Positions 12,478 to 27,080 of a stretch of 64,000 nucleotides of DNA are shown here, piece after piece (position 1 is the stretch's first letter; each line of letters opens with the position of its first letter). The notes under the pieces were generated by a model that saw only the letters and a list, made by a program, of their open reading frames with translations, had not been told where the DNA came from and did not search any database. Source of the DNA: Octopus sinensis (Eukaryota); the NCBI RefSeq assembly GCF_006345805.1, contig NC_043002.1, positions 103,168,001 to 103,232,000 on the forward strand, in the 5' to 3' direction. A program made the position numbers and the translations under genes.

Positions 12478-12613
12478 TAAAGCAGTTACAGCGTGGAAGG
12501 TGCTTACAACCTATTTCAAAGCACACAACTCGTGAGATTCACTTGAACATTTAATTTGCCAAAATATTTTTGTCGCTTTCAGTCCGCGACCTCTTCAATG
12601 ACAAAATTCCGTG

Positions 12614-12654
<41 letters not shown>

Positions 12655-13299
12655 TACATATATGTGTATACATATATATACATGTACTCATTTGCATGCA
12701 GATGTATGTATTTATATTTATATGTGTGTGTGTGCGTATATATACATACATATGTAAACATACACGCTTGTGAATTTTTGTTGCAAGAACACTGCAGGTG
12801 ATGTCGTGTATTGAAAGAAATATTATTGTATTTCGGGATGTGTGTTGTTGCTCTGCTTATTCCATGGAATAAGCAGAGTAAACCACACACGGAGACGGAA
12901 AGTGCCGCTGAAGATGTTACAGATGTGTGACGAATGATTTCCGGACAGTGGACATTAGTTAGAATAAGAACAGTAGTAAACGATGTAAAGAACGAATATA
13001 GCGAGGGTGTTTTTAGGGAAAACAAGAAAATGGCGATCTCGAAATGCTATACATATATATATATATATATTGAGGGATAACTGTTTTAAATGTGAGATCG
13101 TGATATCCACGAATTACGATTTTGAATCCGGGTCATTGATTGTAAACTCAGAATGTGCTTCAGGTTTGTCATAAATTTGATTTTAAATAAAAGTCAGGAG
13201 AAAATAAATATAAATAGCTTTATTAATGTAATTACAGAACTTAAAAACTAAATTATATTTCTTCTCTCTCTATAAATATATGTGTGTGTGTGTGCGTGC

Positions 13300-13330
<31 letters not shown>

Positions 13331-15099
13331 TGTGTCTGTGTCTATGTATTTCTTTGTATAAGCACATACGTGTGTGAGTGTAAAAATTGATGAAGTTATT
13401 CGTCTTAGACGCTAATTTATAATCTTATTTTTTCCTAATTGCAGAATAATTTTTAAGGTGAGACTGTAAGTTGAGCATTTCACGATTAGAAATTTGGTGT
13501 TTGTATTGGGGTGGGCTTTAGGAGGCATTGCCATGGATATCTTGTAGAATGAATATGTTAATGAGAGAGGTAATACAATATTTTAGAGAATAATGTGAGA
13601 GTAATATAAATGTGTTTGAAAATATCTTACAAATTAGTAACAATTCAACGTTATGTGTACATCAAATTGGTTAAGTTTTGATATATGATATATTTTTCTA
13701 TGTTAAAAAAATAATTTGAGTTCTTCGAAAATTATGAAGACATTTAAGAAATGTATAGTATTTGTTCATCCAATCGTTGAAGTGCTTGAAGAAGATATAT
13801 TTTTCTCTTGTATAAAATTACATTATAATGGAATCTTTGCAGTCTAAGTAATAATGATAACAATTACAGTCTAGTTTTAAAAAAGTGATTTTGCTTTGAA
13901 AGCTGAAAATCCAGATCTAGTCGTGACAAGCAGTATAACGTTAGAGACAATATTAACAAAGAGTAATATTTTGAAATTTGTTTCTTTAACAATAGATTTT
14001 TAAAAAATGAATGATTTAGTGATATTTTACTCAGATACAGTAAAAAAATGACTACAAGTTTGGAGATAATTTTATTTACAATAATTTGTCAATATCTACG
14101 AAATGTGTTTTAATAGAGTTTATAAATTTGATAAAAGCAATTTTTGACTAAATTCTCAGCCTTACATTATCCATTCCTAGATTCTAAGCATCACTTGATC
14201 TTATCTTTATTAATATATATGTTCCACTATATTTTTAAATATTCTTACAGGCAATTCCGGAGAATTGGGGCAGAAACGCATGAAAGAATATGAAATATTA
14301 ATCCACTGCTAGATCTAAAATGCATGAGCCTACAAAAGTTTTTAAAATAGATATTACCTCTCCCCATTCCAATTACATATTTAATCCAGCTAAGCTAATT
14401 ATATAAACACTTCTAATCTTATCCTGAATGGAAACTTTCTTATAAATTGATGGCTCATGCATACATATTAAATTACACTTGCAATATTTCATATACCATT
14501 TTGCATTTACGTTTTTTTTATTTTAATACATACCTTTAAGCTAAAAGGAAGAAAAATTTATAAATAGAATAAACCTATTAACACTTACAAAAACAACTTT
14601 ATCACTATATTTTTAGACTTAGAATACTTTTCAAATAATTTTCAACATTATCAAACAAATTGCTCATTTCCAAAATAACTACAAGTGTAATTCTAATTGC
14701 TAACTGAATAATTACACAACCTCAAAAAATATTATCATTTTACATTCTCCCAAGAAAATTGTATTAATTTAAAAAGCATAACATTATACACTATAATAAA
14801 CAGATTTTGTACACATATTGCATTCACACATACACGCACGCACACACACAAACATACTTTTTATGGCTTATATTTTTATCATAGTTATCATTTAAGTAGT
14901 TGCATTAGATAAATGCACTAAACACTTTTTCTTTTAAATCTTATTATTTTGACCGTATAAACTGCAATTAAACTTAAAATAAATACATTCTCTCTTAACG
15001 TGTCTTCAGTTTCAATTTTCTTATCTCTTAATAACGATTTCAAACGTAGACACAAGATCAAACATATTGTATGGAAAAGCTGGTCGACGATATTAAATG

Positions 15100-15830
15100 C
15101 AGCTCTTTATGCATGAAACGAGGAAGGAGAAAATTCAGTGCTGCATTTGGAGGGACTAATTTTTTTGAGCGATAGCCTTATCAAGTTTATTAATCATTCA
15201 AATTTATTTCAACGAATAAAACTCCAGTCTGATCAGCAAGCTGTAGAACAGTGCGCAAACCCAAGCAGTTTAAAAGAGAATGCGCCCAAACAGCCACACA
15301 CACTTCCTCCACCTAATATCATGAGTAACTATTTCCATCAATATCTTCTGAAGTTCTCGCAACAACAACAAAGTCAGTATCGCTCGCAGAACGAGCTTCT
15401 GAATTGTAAATTCTCAGGTCATTCAAGTTCAGAGAGCCGGATAACATCATTCCCATTTTGCCATGCTTTGTACGGTCATACCAAGAAAATATTTGCGCCT
15501 GTGGTCTCCCCAGACCAACCTCCTCACTCTGGGAGTTCAGACAACCAAAAGAGCAATCCCCAAAATATTAATAAGAAATTGTATGACAGATTTTGAAATT
15601 ATCCACATCTGTAGGCCCGTGCCTTACTCCTTTTTCATAATTCAGACCGAAAACACGTAATACAAATACTTTTACCCAAACAGGCCCTGTTCTACTTAAC
15701 ATTATGCCAAAGCCAATCAAAGAAGAACACAATCCCATCAACTTCAGATCATATCTATACAAGTTTCTTCGAATGATAACAAATAAAGCACTTATATATA
15801 CCAATCAGTTACTCCATACGTGAATGGGTT
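15100..15830 (+). pseudogene. decayed LINE ORF2, linker plus start of the reverse transcriptase
   Basis: Broken frames IV*QILKLSTS.. and NIMPKPIKEEHNPINFRSYLYK recall the IxYxxLKHL and PIPKPGKD..PxNYRPISL motifs. Includes track ORF 15138-15596. Confidence 0.5.
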
Positions 15831-15983
15831 ATGATGCCACTGCGCTTTACTTTCAAATGACTTAGCAAGTCATGTCACTAAGTTTTTCTGGGCTTTTTAT
15901 TTTCTCCAGAAGATAAAATAAGATATGCGCGTGTGGGCATGTCTGTGTGTTTGTGTTTGTGTTTGTGTATGTATATATATGAT

Positions 15984-16047
<64 letters not shown>

Positions 16048-16816
16048 ACACATAAATATATCAATATATAAATATATTAAAAGATATGTATATGTATACA
16101 ATTATAAATACACCTGTCTGTGTGCGTTTGTGTGAGTGTTTGCCTATGCGTGTTTGTGTGTGTGTGCCTGTGTGTTCTTGTGTATGTATATAAATATGAA
16201 TATATACGCATATATACATACAAACACACATATATACATATGGATGCATAAATATATTAATATATATGTATATACATACTTACAGACATAAATACTCATG
16301 TGTGTGTATGAGCGTATGTGCATACGTATGTGTACGCAACACATACAAATATATTCCCCCACACACAACAAAAATCTATTGAAACTTAAAATGCAGCAAT
16401 TAGCATCGCGTAGTGGGATTCACTATTTCGAAATTATGTAAATAAGAGCGATGAATACATCTATGAGAAATGTGTTACAGGAATTAATGTTTGTGATTTA
16501 GTTTGTGCGCCTGCGTGTTCGTGATTATTTGTTCGGGCGTGCGCACTCTTTTGTATGATCGTAAGTGATGTATGTGTATGCCTAAACGTTGAAAATATTT
16601 AGCTGCAGCATATATTTTAAATATACTGATTCCAATAAGCAATGCACATATACATGGGTACTAAAACGAACACAAGAATACACACCTGCTGCCTTCAAGC
16701 AATGCATATATTGGGTGTGTAGTATACATATTGTTACTAGTTACTATTATATATACATACGCACCATATATAAATACATATGCATATACACACACATATA
16801 TATATGTATGTATATA

Positions 16817-16858
<42 letters not shown>

Positions 16859-17162
16859 CATATGTACGTACATATATATATATGTACTAATATATATATA
16901 CATATATATATGTACATATGTGTATACATATATATCTATATACATGTATGTAAATATATATATACATATATTTTAAATATATATGCCTATACAGCATAAA
17001 TATGTATATATATATATATATATATATACATACAGAATATAAATATATATGTGTAATATATGTATGCATATGTATGTGTGATATATATTATCTATATGTG
17101 TATATATATATGTATATATATCGATATATAATATATATATATATATATATGATATATGCATA

Positions 17163-17223
<61 letters not shown>

Positions 17224-17254
17224 TATATCATATATTGTATATATCTATATATAT

Positions 17255-17292
<38 letters not shown>

Positions 17293-17294
17293 TT

Positions 17295-17345
<51 letters not shown>

Positions 17346-17639
17346 GATATATATATAGATATATATGTTGCCATATTCTGGCAGCTGTTGTGATTCAGAA
17401 GCATGTATGAAGGAAAGTGGATTAATTCCACTCAAACTCTGCTGAACTAAATCGATCTTGTCACAGCTTATATATATATATGTTTCGCTACATTTTTCTT
17501 ATCTTTTTCTTCTGCTTACGTCTATTTATTTCCTTATTATTTTTCGATGAATTGACAAATAATTGTTATATTGTCTTTTTCATTTGGAATTATTATTGTT
17601 GGACTTATTGTTCTTGTTCTCATTATTATCATTATTATC

Positions 17640-17955
17640 ATTCTCCCCGTTCCTTCTTCTTTTTTCTTCTCTCTCCCCTTCCTTCTTCTTCTTCTTCTTC
17701 TCTTCCCTCTCTTCGTCTTCTTCTCTTCTTCTTCTTCTTCTCTTCTTCTCTTCTTCTTCTCCTTCTTCTTCTCCTTCTCTTCTTCTTCTTCTTCTCTTCT
17801 TCTTCTTCTTCTTCTTCTTCTTCTTCTTCTTCTTCTTCTTTCTTCTTCTTCTTCTTCTTTTCTTCTTCGTCTTCTTATTCTTTTCGTCTCGTCTTCTTTT
17901 TCTTTTTTCTTCTTCTTTCTTCTTCTTCTTCTTCTCTTCTCTTCTTCTTCTTCTT

Positions 17956-18017
<62 letters not shown>

Positions 18018-18040
18018 CATTATTATTATTATTATTATTA

Positions 18041-18072
<32 letters not shown>

Positions 18073-18160
18073 GTTGTTGTTGTTGTTGTTGTTGTTGTTA
18101 TTATTATTATTATATTATTATTATATTATTATTATATTATTATTGTTATTATTATTACCA
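17640..18160. repeat. compound (TTC)n-(TTA)n-(TTG)n microsatellite
   Basis: Direct inspection. It explains the long poly-L/F/S/I/Y ORFs in the track. Confidence 0.97.
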
Positions 18161-18615
18161 TGATTTTTGTTATCTTTTCAGTTGTTGTATTATCATTATT
18201 ACGTTGTTCTTTATATTCATCTTCTTGTTCTTATCGATCTTTTTGTTACTTGCATTGCACGAGTTTGCTGGCCGTTTTATCATTTCTGCAGTTTATCCAT
18301 CTATGAATTATTCCAGTCTTACACTTATGGGCGAAGCACATTTTTCGAAGCTTAATTCAGCTTCTTTTTTCTATTTCTTGTCGTAATTTGCTGGCAACGA
18401 GCAAATGAGATTGATTTCAATGTGGCATTCACGTTTCTTGTAAACGAAATATTCCCAAAACCTCCTCTATCCAAACCAAATCCGAAACAAATTATGCACA
18501 AATACATGGAGACATTTTTTTTTTCCTTTTACTCTCCTACACAAACATAAACATGGTGGACGCCTACACGTGCTCATTCGCAAATGATACACCTATTAAG
18601 TGAACACTTTAGAGT

Positions 18616-18647
<32 letters not shown>

Positions 18648-18871
18648 CGCACGCGGGCGTGAGTAGGTGTATGGACGTTTATATACAAATGTGTGTGCGT
18701 ACTTACATATATGGTTTGACTTCATTTAAAAATATATACAATATAAAACAGCAGATCATACACAAATACACTTACATATATATAATAACCCTCATATCTG
18801 AAACACATATACGTGTTTGTACATGTATACCACACGTACGCACCTATGTTATGTACATATATATATATATA

Positions 18872-18918
<47 letters not shown>

Positions 18919-18996
18919 ATTACAATATATTTACATATATATATAATACATATATATATTTACATATATATAATTACATATATATATATAATATAT

Positions 18997-19047
<51 letters not shown>

Positions 19048-21719
19048 CATATGTATATATATTTATTTAATTATACATGCATACGTACATACATACATAC
19101 ATTTCTGTATATTGCAATATATATAAAAACAGGTCAGTGATAATGAAATTTAAGGAAAGTATTTTACAGTTTAGGAAAGAAAAAGTGATGCTATGTCATT
19201 TATTGCAATGGCTGTCTTGAATACTGGAAAATGGCGGAATCAATATATGCTTGGTGTCTAGTTTATAAAAGCTTTGGTCAGAACGTAAATACATTAGAAA
19301 TGAAAAGAGGTAATATTCGTCGCCATTACCGGAGGATTTTCTAGCTAAATCCTTCAATTCCTCTTTATCCCTTTACTCTGTGAAACTTTTAGCAAAAGCC
19401 TCCCCGATAACGGCAACACATACGCGAAATTCCCGTGAAAATAGCATTTTTGAGAGCTTCTAAGGAAAATGTAAATAACGTCACGATAATATCAAAGCGT
19501 TTGCCCAGCTCTGGTTGAGGATTACACGTAACATCATATTAAACACTACATCTTGTATCTGCGGCCTTATTATTATTTCTATTATTATTTTGTGTTTTAT
19601 TTTATTTACTTTCATTATTATTCGAAGTTGTTACTCTCTCTCCGTTTCGGATTTTATCACGATTTATTTAAGAAACAAAATTGTGTTTTGATTGTTTTTG
19701 TACAAAAGGGATTTCTGTTAATATTTTGGAAGTCTGTCCTATTACTACAGGATAAACAATATGTCCGTTTGTTAGGCATTTATTCATTTGCTTAGAAATT
19801 ATTTATCTTATAACCGCTCATGACGGTTATTTGTGAGAGGGATACCGTGCGCATCACAATGGCAATATCATTATGAACGTACATCAATACAGAGATATAT
19901 ATTACTCTCAATCACTAACAGACACAGAAAGAGGTAAAACATACTGGTCAGCGTCTAGAATGCCTGCTACTCTGAATAATTACCACGAAACCACCCAGAA
20001 ACACGTTTCTGCCTTTGACTCAGAAGACTTATATGCGATTTAGTGGTTTTGCCGTGCGTGGCAGCACAATATATTTCAATCTCTCAATTTGTGTGAGTGT
20101 GTTAGTTATTTATTTTTTATTTATAGATAATTTTAAGTAATTACAAACGCTTTCTCTACAACAAGAGTCAAAGCTATTGATAATAATTACAGCTTATGCT
20201 CTAAAATATCCTTCTCGGAACTTGACATCCAACTCGTCAAGTTAAAGCAATATCTAAGTTTGTGCTAATATTATTGGTGCTCATTCCAAAAACCATCACA
20301 AATATTATGCGGTGAGAGATTAGATTTTTTTTCTCATTTACCTTGACATATAAAGGAAACAAGGGCGCACGTTATTCACTCGAATGAGACCTTCTCTAAG
20401 AAACGGAGTCTCTATTACACTTGCAGATGTAGAGGTCATGCGAATGCTTTTAAAAATGAACTATTCACGCATTCCATTGAGGAAAAATATTGTGTTTGTA
20501 TTATTTCTTGCCCTTTCTTTTCTTCCAGTATTTCACCAATAGATCATAGGAGAAAGAGATCCAGTTATTTTTAACACCTGTTATATATTATGTAGCACTT
20601 TCAGCCATGTACTGTTGCTGTGCAAAGTGTGATCCTATAAATCCAGAACATATTGCTTAGTCTCCATAGATTATTTTCACTTTCCTTTTATTTGATAGTC
20701 TCAAAACACTATCTAAAGTGGCTTTTGAGACATGAGTGCAGATTTATACGATACTATTGCTCTCTTTATTTACTCAGATGCCGGAATGTATAAATGTTCA
20801 ATTTGTCTTAAAAGATTTTGACATGTATAGAAACAGTTATTTATATTCTTATCCTGGTTTAGCCTGTGACAGGACTTGCGTTAGAAGATATGACATGCTG
20901 TTGAAAACATGCTTATAGTTAATTAAATATCTTTCCAGCATTAAGAATTAAACAGAGTTACAGGCAAAGAGAATATCTACGCATTTTGGCAAATGAAATT
21001 TTCTTGGTGTAATGTACTCTTCTGGGTTTGTAAAGCTGATGAACAGTTTTGTCTGATATGAATGTCAGGATAGATTTCTCTTGCTGTCTTTCTGCGAAAG
21101 CACAAATATTACAGTAACCAATACAATACTAACCAATGCTAATATTGAATACATTCCTTCTTAGCACTATTTTATATATTAAAAACATTTACATATTTAT
21201 TATTACCTTTTAACGCATTCCATTGCAGTATACTCAGAACTCCAAATTATCTGAATGAATTTGTCGGTAAGTCATATCATGTTATCATTATTTTAACACT
21301 TCGGTGGACAAGAGCAATCAGTTATGCTAGATCTAGAAATGGGATGCTTCTATTATAGCTTTACTTGCGCTATCTTCACATTGTTTCTTGAAGAGTGGAT
21401 TCCCTCTCTACAATTTCTACCATTTTATAAATACAGAATAGACTGTATCGATATTCTGGGTCTTCTTTAGAAATTCAGCAATGAACAATTGTGCCGATTG
21501 GCAAATATCTACGTAAGTTTGCGTAAATTTGAACTATCATCTACTTTTATATCTCCTCTCTTTTTGCTTCCCTTTCTGTTTGCCTAGTCGTTTTCCTCTC
21601 CCCCTTGCCCTCCTCCTTGCCCTCCCCCTCTCTCTATATTTTCTTTCGGAATACGTTAGCATAACCAGCCATTTGATTAGTAGTTATACATCAAGCGGGA
21701 ACCTGGAAATGATCGTAAT

Positions 21720-22060
21720 TATTGGGTTGTCCGGAAAGTTCGTGCCGATTTTTAAAGGAAAGTCAAAGGGCAATAAATACTTTTAATCAACCAAATTTGA
21801 ACCATTTTGTTGCACGATGCGTCTCCATCTTTCCTTTAACTTGAAAATACTCTCTTCCCAGAATTGAGTTGGTTTCATAGCAAATAATTCTTCAAGGATT
21901 CTTTTTACGCCATCCAAGGAATTGAAATGTTTACCATTAAGACTATTCTGCAGAGACCTGAATTAGTAGAAATCCGAAGGAGCAATATCTGGTGAATATG
22001 GAGGGTAGGTTAACACATTCCAGCCGAGTTGCAGCAATTTTTCTCTGGTTCCCAAAGCAT
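21720..22060 (-). mobile_element. mariner transposon 3' end (transposase C-terminus and TIR)
   Basis: 22058-21783 reads ALGTREKLLQLGWNVLTYPPYSPDIAPSDFY*FRSLQNSLNGKHF...KERWRRIVQQNGSNLVD*, containing the YSPDLAPxD motif and one internal stop. TIR-like 'tattgggttgtccggaaagttcgtgccgattt' at 21720. Confidence 0.92.
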
Positions 22061-22559
22061 CAAGTACCTAAAATGAACTTTCTTATCTAAAGGGTTACAA
22101 AATTAACACAGGTTATAGGAACATAAACCTTCTTCAACGAAAAGATAGCTTAAACTGTGCTCTAAATGGATGTGTAGTAAAATCCTATTTTATGGACTCA
22201 AACATGTTCTAAAAGAAGTCGATAGATAAGCTACAATAAATCAGCACGTACTATCCGGACAACCCAATAGAATATCTCGTACGCAAAAGCAGAGTCAGGA
22301 TCTTTTATTGTTTTATCTAGTTAAATGTAAAACTCAATTTAGTAAGAGATGTAAACAAACGTCTTTCTCTTTATGTGTATGTGTCAGTCAAAAACAAAAT
22401 GAGAGAAAGAGGCTGATAGGCATAGGTAAATAGGGAGAATGGTAGAGATATAGAGATATAGAGATATCTGTAGAAACAGACAGAGAGGCAAACACATAGA
22501 GAGGTAGCCAGGCTGATAGGCAGTCGGGCAGATGACAACAGACAGACTGATAAATATAT

Positions 22560-22790
22560 TTCTTTACTACCCACAAGAGGCTAAACACAGAGGGGACAAA
22601 CAAGGACAGACAAACGGATTAAGTTGATTACGTCGACACCAGTGTGTAACTGGTAATTAATTTATCGACCCCGAAAGGATGAAAGGCAAAGTCGACCTCG
22701 GCGGAATTTGAACTCAGAACGTAACGGCAGACGAAATACAGCTACTCATTTCGCCCAGCGTGCTAACGTTCCTGCCAGCTCGTCGCCTTA
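22560..22790 (-). mobile_element. SINE family B, monomer
   Basis: Single B unit plus head. Confidence 0.88.
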
Positions 22791-23226
22791 AATATAGACT
22801 TAAAGACTGATAGATATATAAATAGGTGCTTATGTGAAGCTGCATCTGAAAAAGCAGTTGTTCGCAAGATTAATCGTTGTTTATGTCTGTTTTTTGCTTT
22901 TTATTTCGTCTTTAGACTTTATAACTTGTTAAGGGTTATACTGTTTTCTGACTAGTTCTTTTCCATTAGCTTAGAAGAATATAGTTCTTAGAATCACTAA
23001 CACTTCCAAATATTCGTGAACGCGCAGGCTTATGACAATGCCGTTTCTCATTAGAAGTTTGAGTCCATCCGTGTCTCATACAGCAGTAAAAGAATTACAC
23101 CTGTATTATGAAATTGCATCATTCATGCAAGGAGCCTGCCATGTAATTTGAGAAAGAAGATCTTTGTTTTTCTAGGGGTTCCATATCTGACAGGAAGGTA
23201 TTTTCGTTTTGTGGAGAATAAGGATA

Positions 23227-23632
23227 ACTCTCTTTACTCTTTACTCTTTTACTCTTTCACTTTTGCTGGAGCACCGCCTTTAGTCGAGCAAATCGACCCC
23301 AGGACTTATTCTTAGTAAGCCTAGTTCTTATTGTACAGGTCTCTTTCGCCGAACCGCTAAGTTACGGGGACTTAAACACACCAGCATCGGTTGTTAAGCG
23401 ATGTTGGGAGGGGGGTGGAACACAGACACACAAACACACACACACACACATATACATACATATACGTATATACGACGGGCTTCTTTCAGTTTCCGTCTAC
23501 CAAATCCACTTACAAGGCTTTGGTCGGCCCGAAGCTATAGTAGAAGACACTTGCCCAAGTGGCCACGTAGTAGGACTGAACCCAGAACGATGTGGTTGGT
23601 AAGCAAGCTACTTACCACACAGCCACTCCTGC
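23227..23632 (-). mobile_element. SINE family A, full length
   Basis: (TACTCTT)n tail at left, internal (CA)n, tRNA-like head 'ggagtggctgtgtggtaag...ggttcagtcc' at right. Confidence 0.92.
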
Positions 23633-23928
23633 ACATTGTGAGAAAATGTTTACTGATATAGTCGTCATTGACGAATTTAATTTGTTAGTCCGCCATCTCT
23701 AATATACATACAACAATAAGCATTTGTTCTTAAATAATTACCATCAGATTATTTTTATGTTAACTTTTTGTAAACCGTAAGTAGTAAAACTCACATGTAA
23801 AGAAAAAGTATATTATAAGACGATTACGTAATCCAATAACGTTTCTCAAATCGTATTCTGTGTGATACGTAATGAAATGTCGAGAAATGATTCCTTGGTA
23901 CAAAATACATGGTCATACGCGAGAAAGT

Positions 23929-24322
23929 GGAATGGATGGAAGCACTCCGTCGGTTACGACGACGAGGGTTCCGGTTGATCTGAATGAACGGAACAGCCTG
24001 CTCGTGAAATTAACGTGTAAGTGGCTGAGCACTCCACAGACACGTGTACCTTTAACGCAGTTATCGGGGATATTCAGCGTGACACAGAGAGTGACAAGGC
24101 CGGCCCTCTGAAGTACAGGTACAATAGAAACAGGAAGTAAGAGTGAGAGAAAGTTGTGGTGAAAGAGTACAGCAGGGATCACCACCATCCCCTGCCGGAG
24201 CCTCGTGGAGCTTTTAGGTGTTTTCGCTCAATAAACACTCACAACGCCCGGTCTGGGAATCGAAACCGCGATCCTATGACCGCGAGTCCGCTGCCCTAAC
24301 CACTGGGCCATTGCGCCTCCAC
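23929..24322 (-). mobile_element. tRNA-derived SINE family C, full length with 12-bp TSD
   Basis: Head 'ggaggcgcaatggcccagtggttagggc...ggtttcgattccc' (A and B boxes). TSD acgcgagaaagt at 23917-28 and 24323-34. Confidence 0.95.
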
Positions 24323-25694
24323 ACGCGAGAAAGTAAGATGAAATGGTTTATGTCACGAGATATGTAACAGTGATGATTGTACACTTCAATGAGTGTATGA
24401 GACTTGGTAGCTGAGTTATGTATTCTGGCTTAAAAGATCGTGGAAAGATTGGCAAGAATGCAGTGAAAACGAGCGTTCATTTTATTTCTAATATGTATGT
24501 CCTTATGCGTCAGTTTGTGGTTTGATATAATCAAGTTCAACGAGCAACGCATTTTAAGTATTAATTTAGATAACACAATCACTCCATGTTTCAAATATAA
24601 GCATGAGAGCAACAAGAAATTGATGAAACGCAACTGCTTACATTAAGCGCAACATCAAACACCTATAAGGGAGAGCAGGAAGTGAGCGTTCACACGGGTT
24701 TAATCTATTCGTAAATCAATCTATTTTTGGAAGAAAATTTTAAATTTCCTTCCACACAAGATGATTTACAAAATGAAAGCAAAATAATTAAACAAATGCG
24801 AGGATACTTGTAAATATCAGATACATCGTACCGTAAAATAAACAAGCCGAACCGAGTATACGACATAAAAAAATGAAAATGCACCCAATTACAGAATAGC
24901 TGAATGCGTTATAAAAAGTAAACGCACTCGTAAAACTGAGCGCAGAATCTCCATATATTATGGTAGTGTTATGAAACTATGCGATTATGTGTTTGTGTGA
25001 CTACGTGCATGTGTGTGTGTGTGTGTATTTGTAAGAAACTGACAAAAAGGCTATGAATATATGTCTATATATTCGTACGTGTCAATGATAGTAACGCTGA
25101 TATAATTCAAATGTGATTTCCATTTATTTGAATTTAACGTAAAAAAACAAAAAACAAAAAAAAAAAAAACAACTAGCAACAGAAAATGATAAAATTAATA
25201 AAAGCAAACCAAAATTGCACATGGAATAAAATTATCGATCGAAAATAAAATAAATTGCAGAAACAACAAAAGGTAAAGTGAAAATAAAACGAAGGTTAAA
25301 AACTTAATGTAAAGTGAAAGAAAAGTCTTTAAACAAGCCAAATCAACTACCTTACCGGTACGTCTATTGATCTGACTCCATAGTTATCACCTTGCCATCT
25401 ATTGACGCAATAAATTCCCACTACAGTATATCCTTTGTGGAACAATAATATGAGTATTCCGTCTTTCAACCTACCGCTTCTTCAGTGTCTTCATTTCCAG
25501 CCATTGAATTCAATATTATTCCACATTCTTTCATCATGCCATGTTGCAATGATAATAATAATAATAATAATAATAATATTAACAATAATAATAATAATAT
25601 AATAATAATGATAATATACACGATGATGATGATGATGACGATAACAACGGTAACAAAAGCTTAATATATACATGTATATATATATGTATATGTA

Positions 25695-25771
<77 letters not shown>

Positions 25772-25831
25772 AGTATGTATGTATAAAGTGCTTGCATAGA
25801 AGCACACACTCATACACACACATGTATACAA

Positions 25832-25877
<46 letters not shown>

Positions 25878-25969
25878 CTTTATTACACACATACATGTAT
25901 ATGTATAATTCTGTATATGAAATATATGTATATGTATTTCTATCTATCTGTCTATCTATCTTTCTATAC

Positions 25970-26041
<72 letters not shown>

Positions 26042-26282
26042 TGTGTATCGACATGCATTATTCTATTTTATCTACTCTTTCTCCTGAAGTATTGCTGGAG
26101 GCGATATGTTTTGTTCGATGTTATTTTAAGAATGGGAAAAAGAAAGACACCGTTTCATTTTTTTCCTATTTCTATACACATATATGACAAGTTTTGCTTC
26201 AATATTCATTAAGGCTCTTTCATAATGTCGCGTTATATTTGTTTCCTTCTATAATGCATTATATATAGAGATAGATAGATAG

Positions 26283-26332
<50 letters not shown>

Positions 26333-26935
26333 GTAGATAGATAGATAGATAGATAGAGGATAGATAGATAGACAGATAAATAGATAGATACATACATACA
26401 TTCATACATATGTGTATATGTACATAGATATAGGAACGCATAAACACATATTTCACTATGTATGTATGCGTATTTCCTTACTTGTATATAATACGTTAAT
26501 ATATATACATATATACACATGCAAAAACACACATACATTTATGGATATATCCATACGCACACACGCATGTACACATATGTGCGTGTGCCCACCAGCGTGT
26601 GTATGCATGTATTTTTACATAGAACTGAATATTTGACATCAACATTTCTCGTAATATTGTTCATGCATAAAGGTATATGTATGAATTTGTAGGTTCCCAT
26701 TGTGTGCACTTGTATATCTAATGATATGTGTGTGTATGTGTGTGTGTGTACGTGTGTGTGTGTATGAGTGTGCGTGTGTGTCTGTTTGTGCTTCACTGTA
26801 TATATTGGTGTGTGATAACTGTTGAGCCTACGAGGAACGTGAGAATTTTCATTTAGTCGTCGAAAATCTTTTGAGACACAAGCGTGTAGGTGTTTCTCTA
26901 TTTCATACATATCTCCCGATCGCGTTTGCAACAGA

Positions 26936-27080
26936 CATCATCATCATTCATCATTGTTCGACCGTGGTCGAGACAATGGAATTTACCATGCTACGCCAGA
27001 CTTCACGGTCCATCATGGCATTACGGAGGTCCTGTTGCTGGATGCCTGTATCCCTGGAGATTACATCAGGGTAGGAGACA
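26936..27080 (-). mobile_element. RTE-clade LINE 3' end
   Basis: 27073-26951 reads YPDVISRDTGIQQQDLRNAMMDREVWRSMVNSIVSTTVEQ*, followed by a (TGA)n tail. Contains the typical RTE AMxDRxxWR terminus. Confidence 0.85.

Noticed and set aside
13400-14460. Possible Penelope RT relics (FYKxIHG-like at about 13545 minus; LNGNF..K.IDG-like at about 14425 plus)
   Set aside because: They need several frameshifts and are too degenerate to call by eye.
15138-15596. 152-aa non-repetitive ORF as a host gene
   Set aside because: No splice or start support, and the neighbouring frames carry LINE RT-like motifs, so it is better explained as a decayed ORF2.
17480-18386. Longest ORFs in the track (227-271 aa)
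   Set aside because: They are translations of (TTC)n, (TTA)n and (TTG)n microsatellites.
20723-20822. MSADLYDTIALFIYSDAGMYKCSICLKRF* resembling an Ig or zinc-finger fragment
   Set aside because: It stops before any zinc-finger histidines and no Ig context is present.
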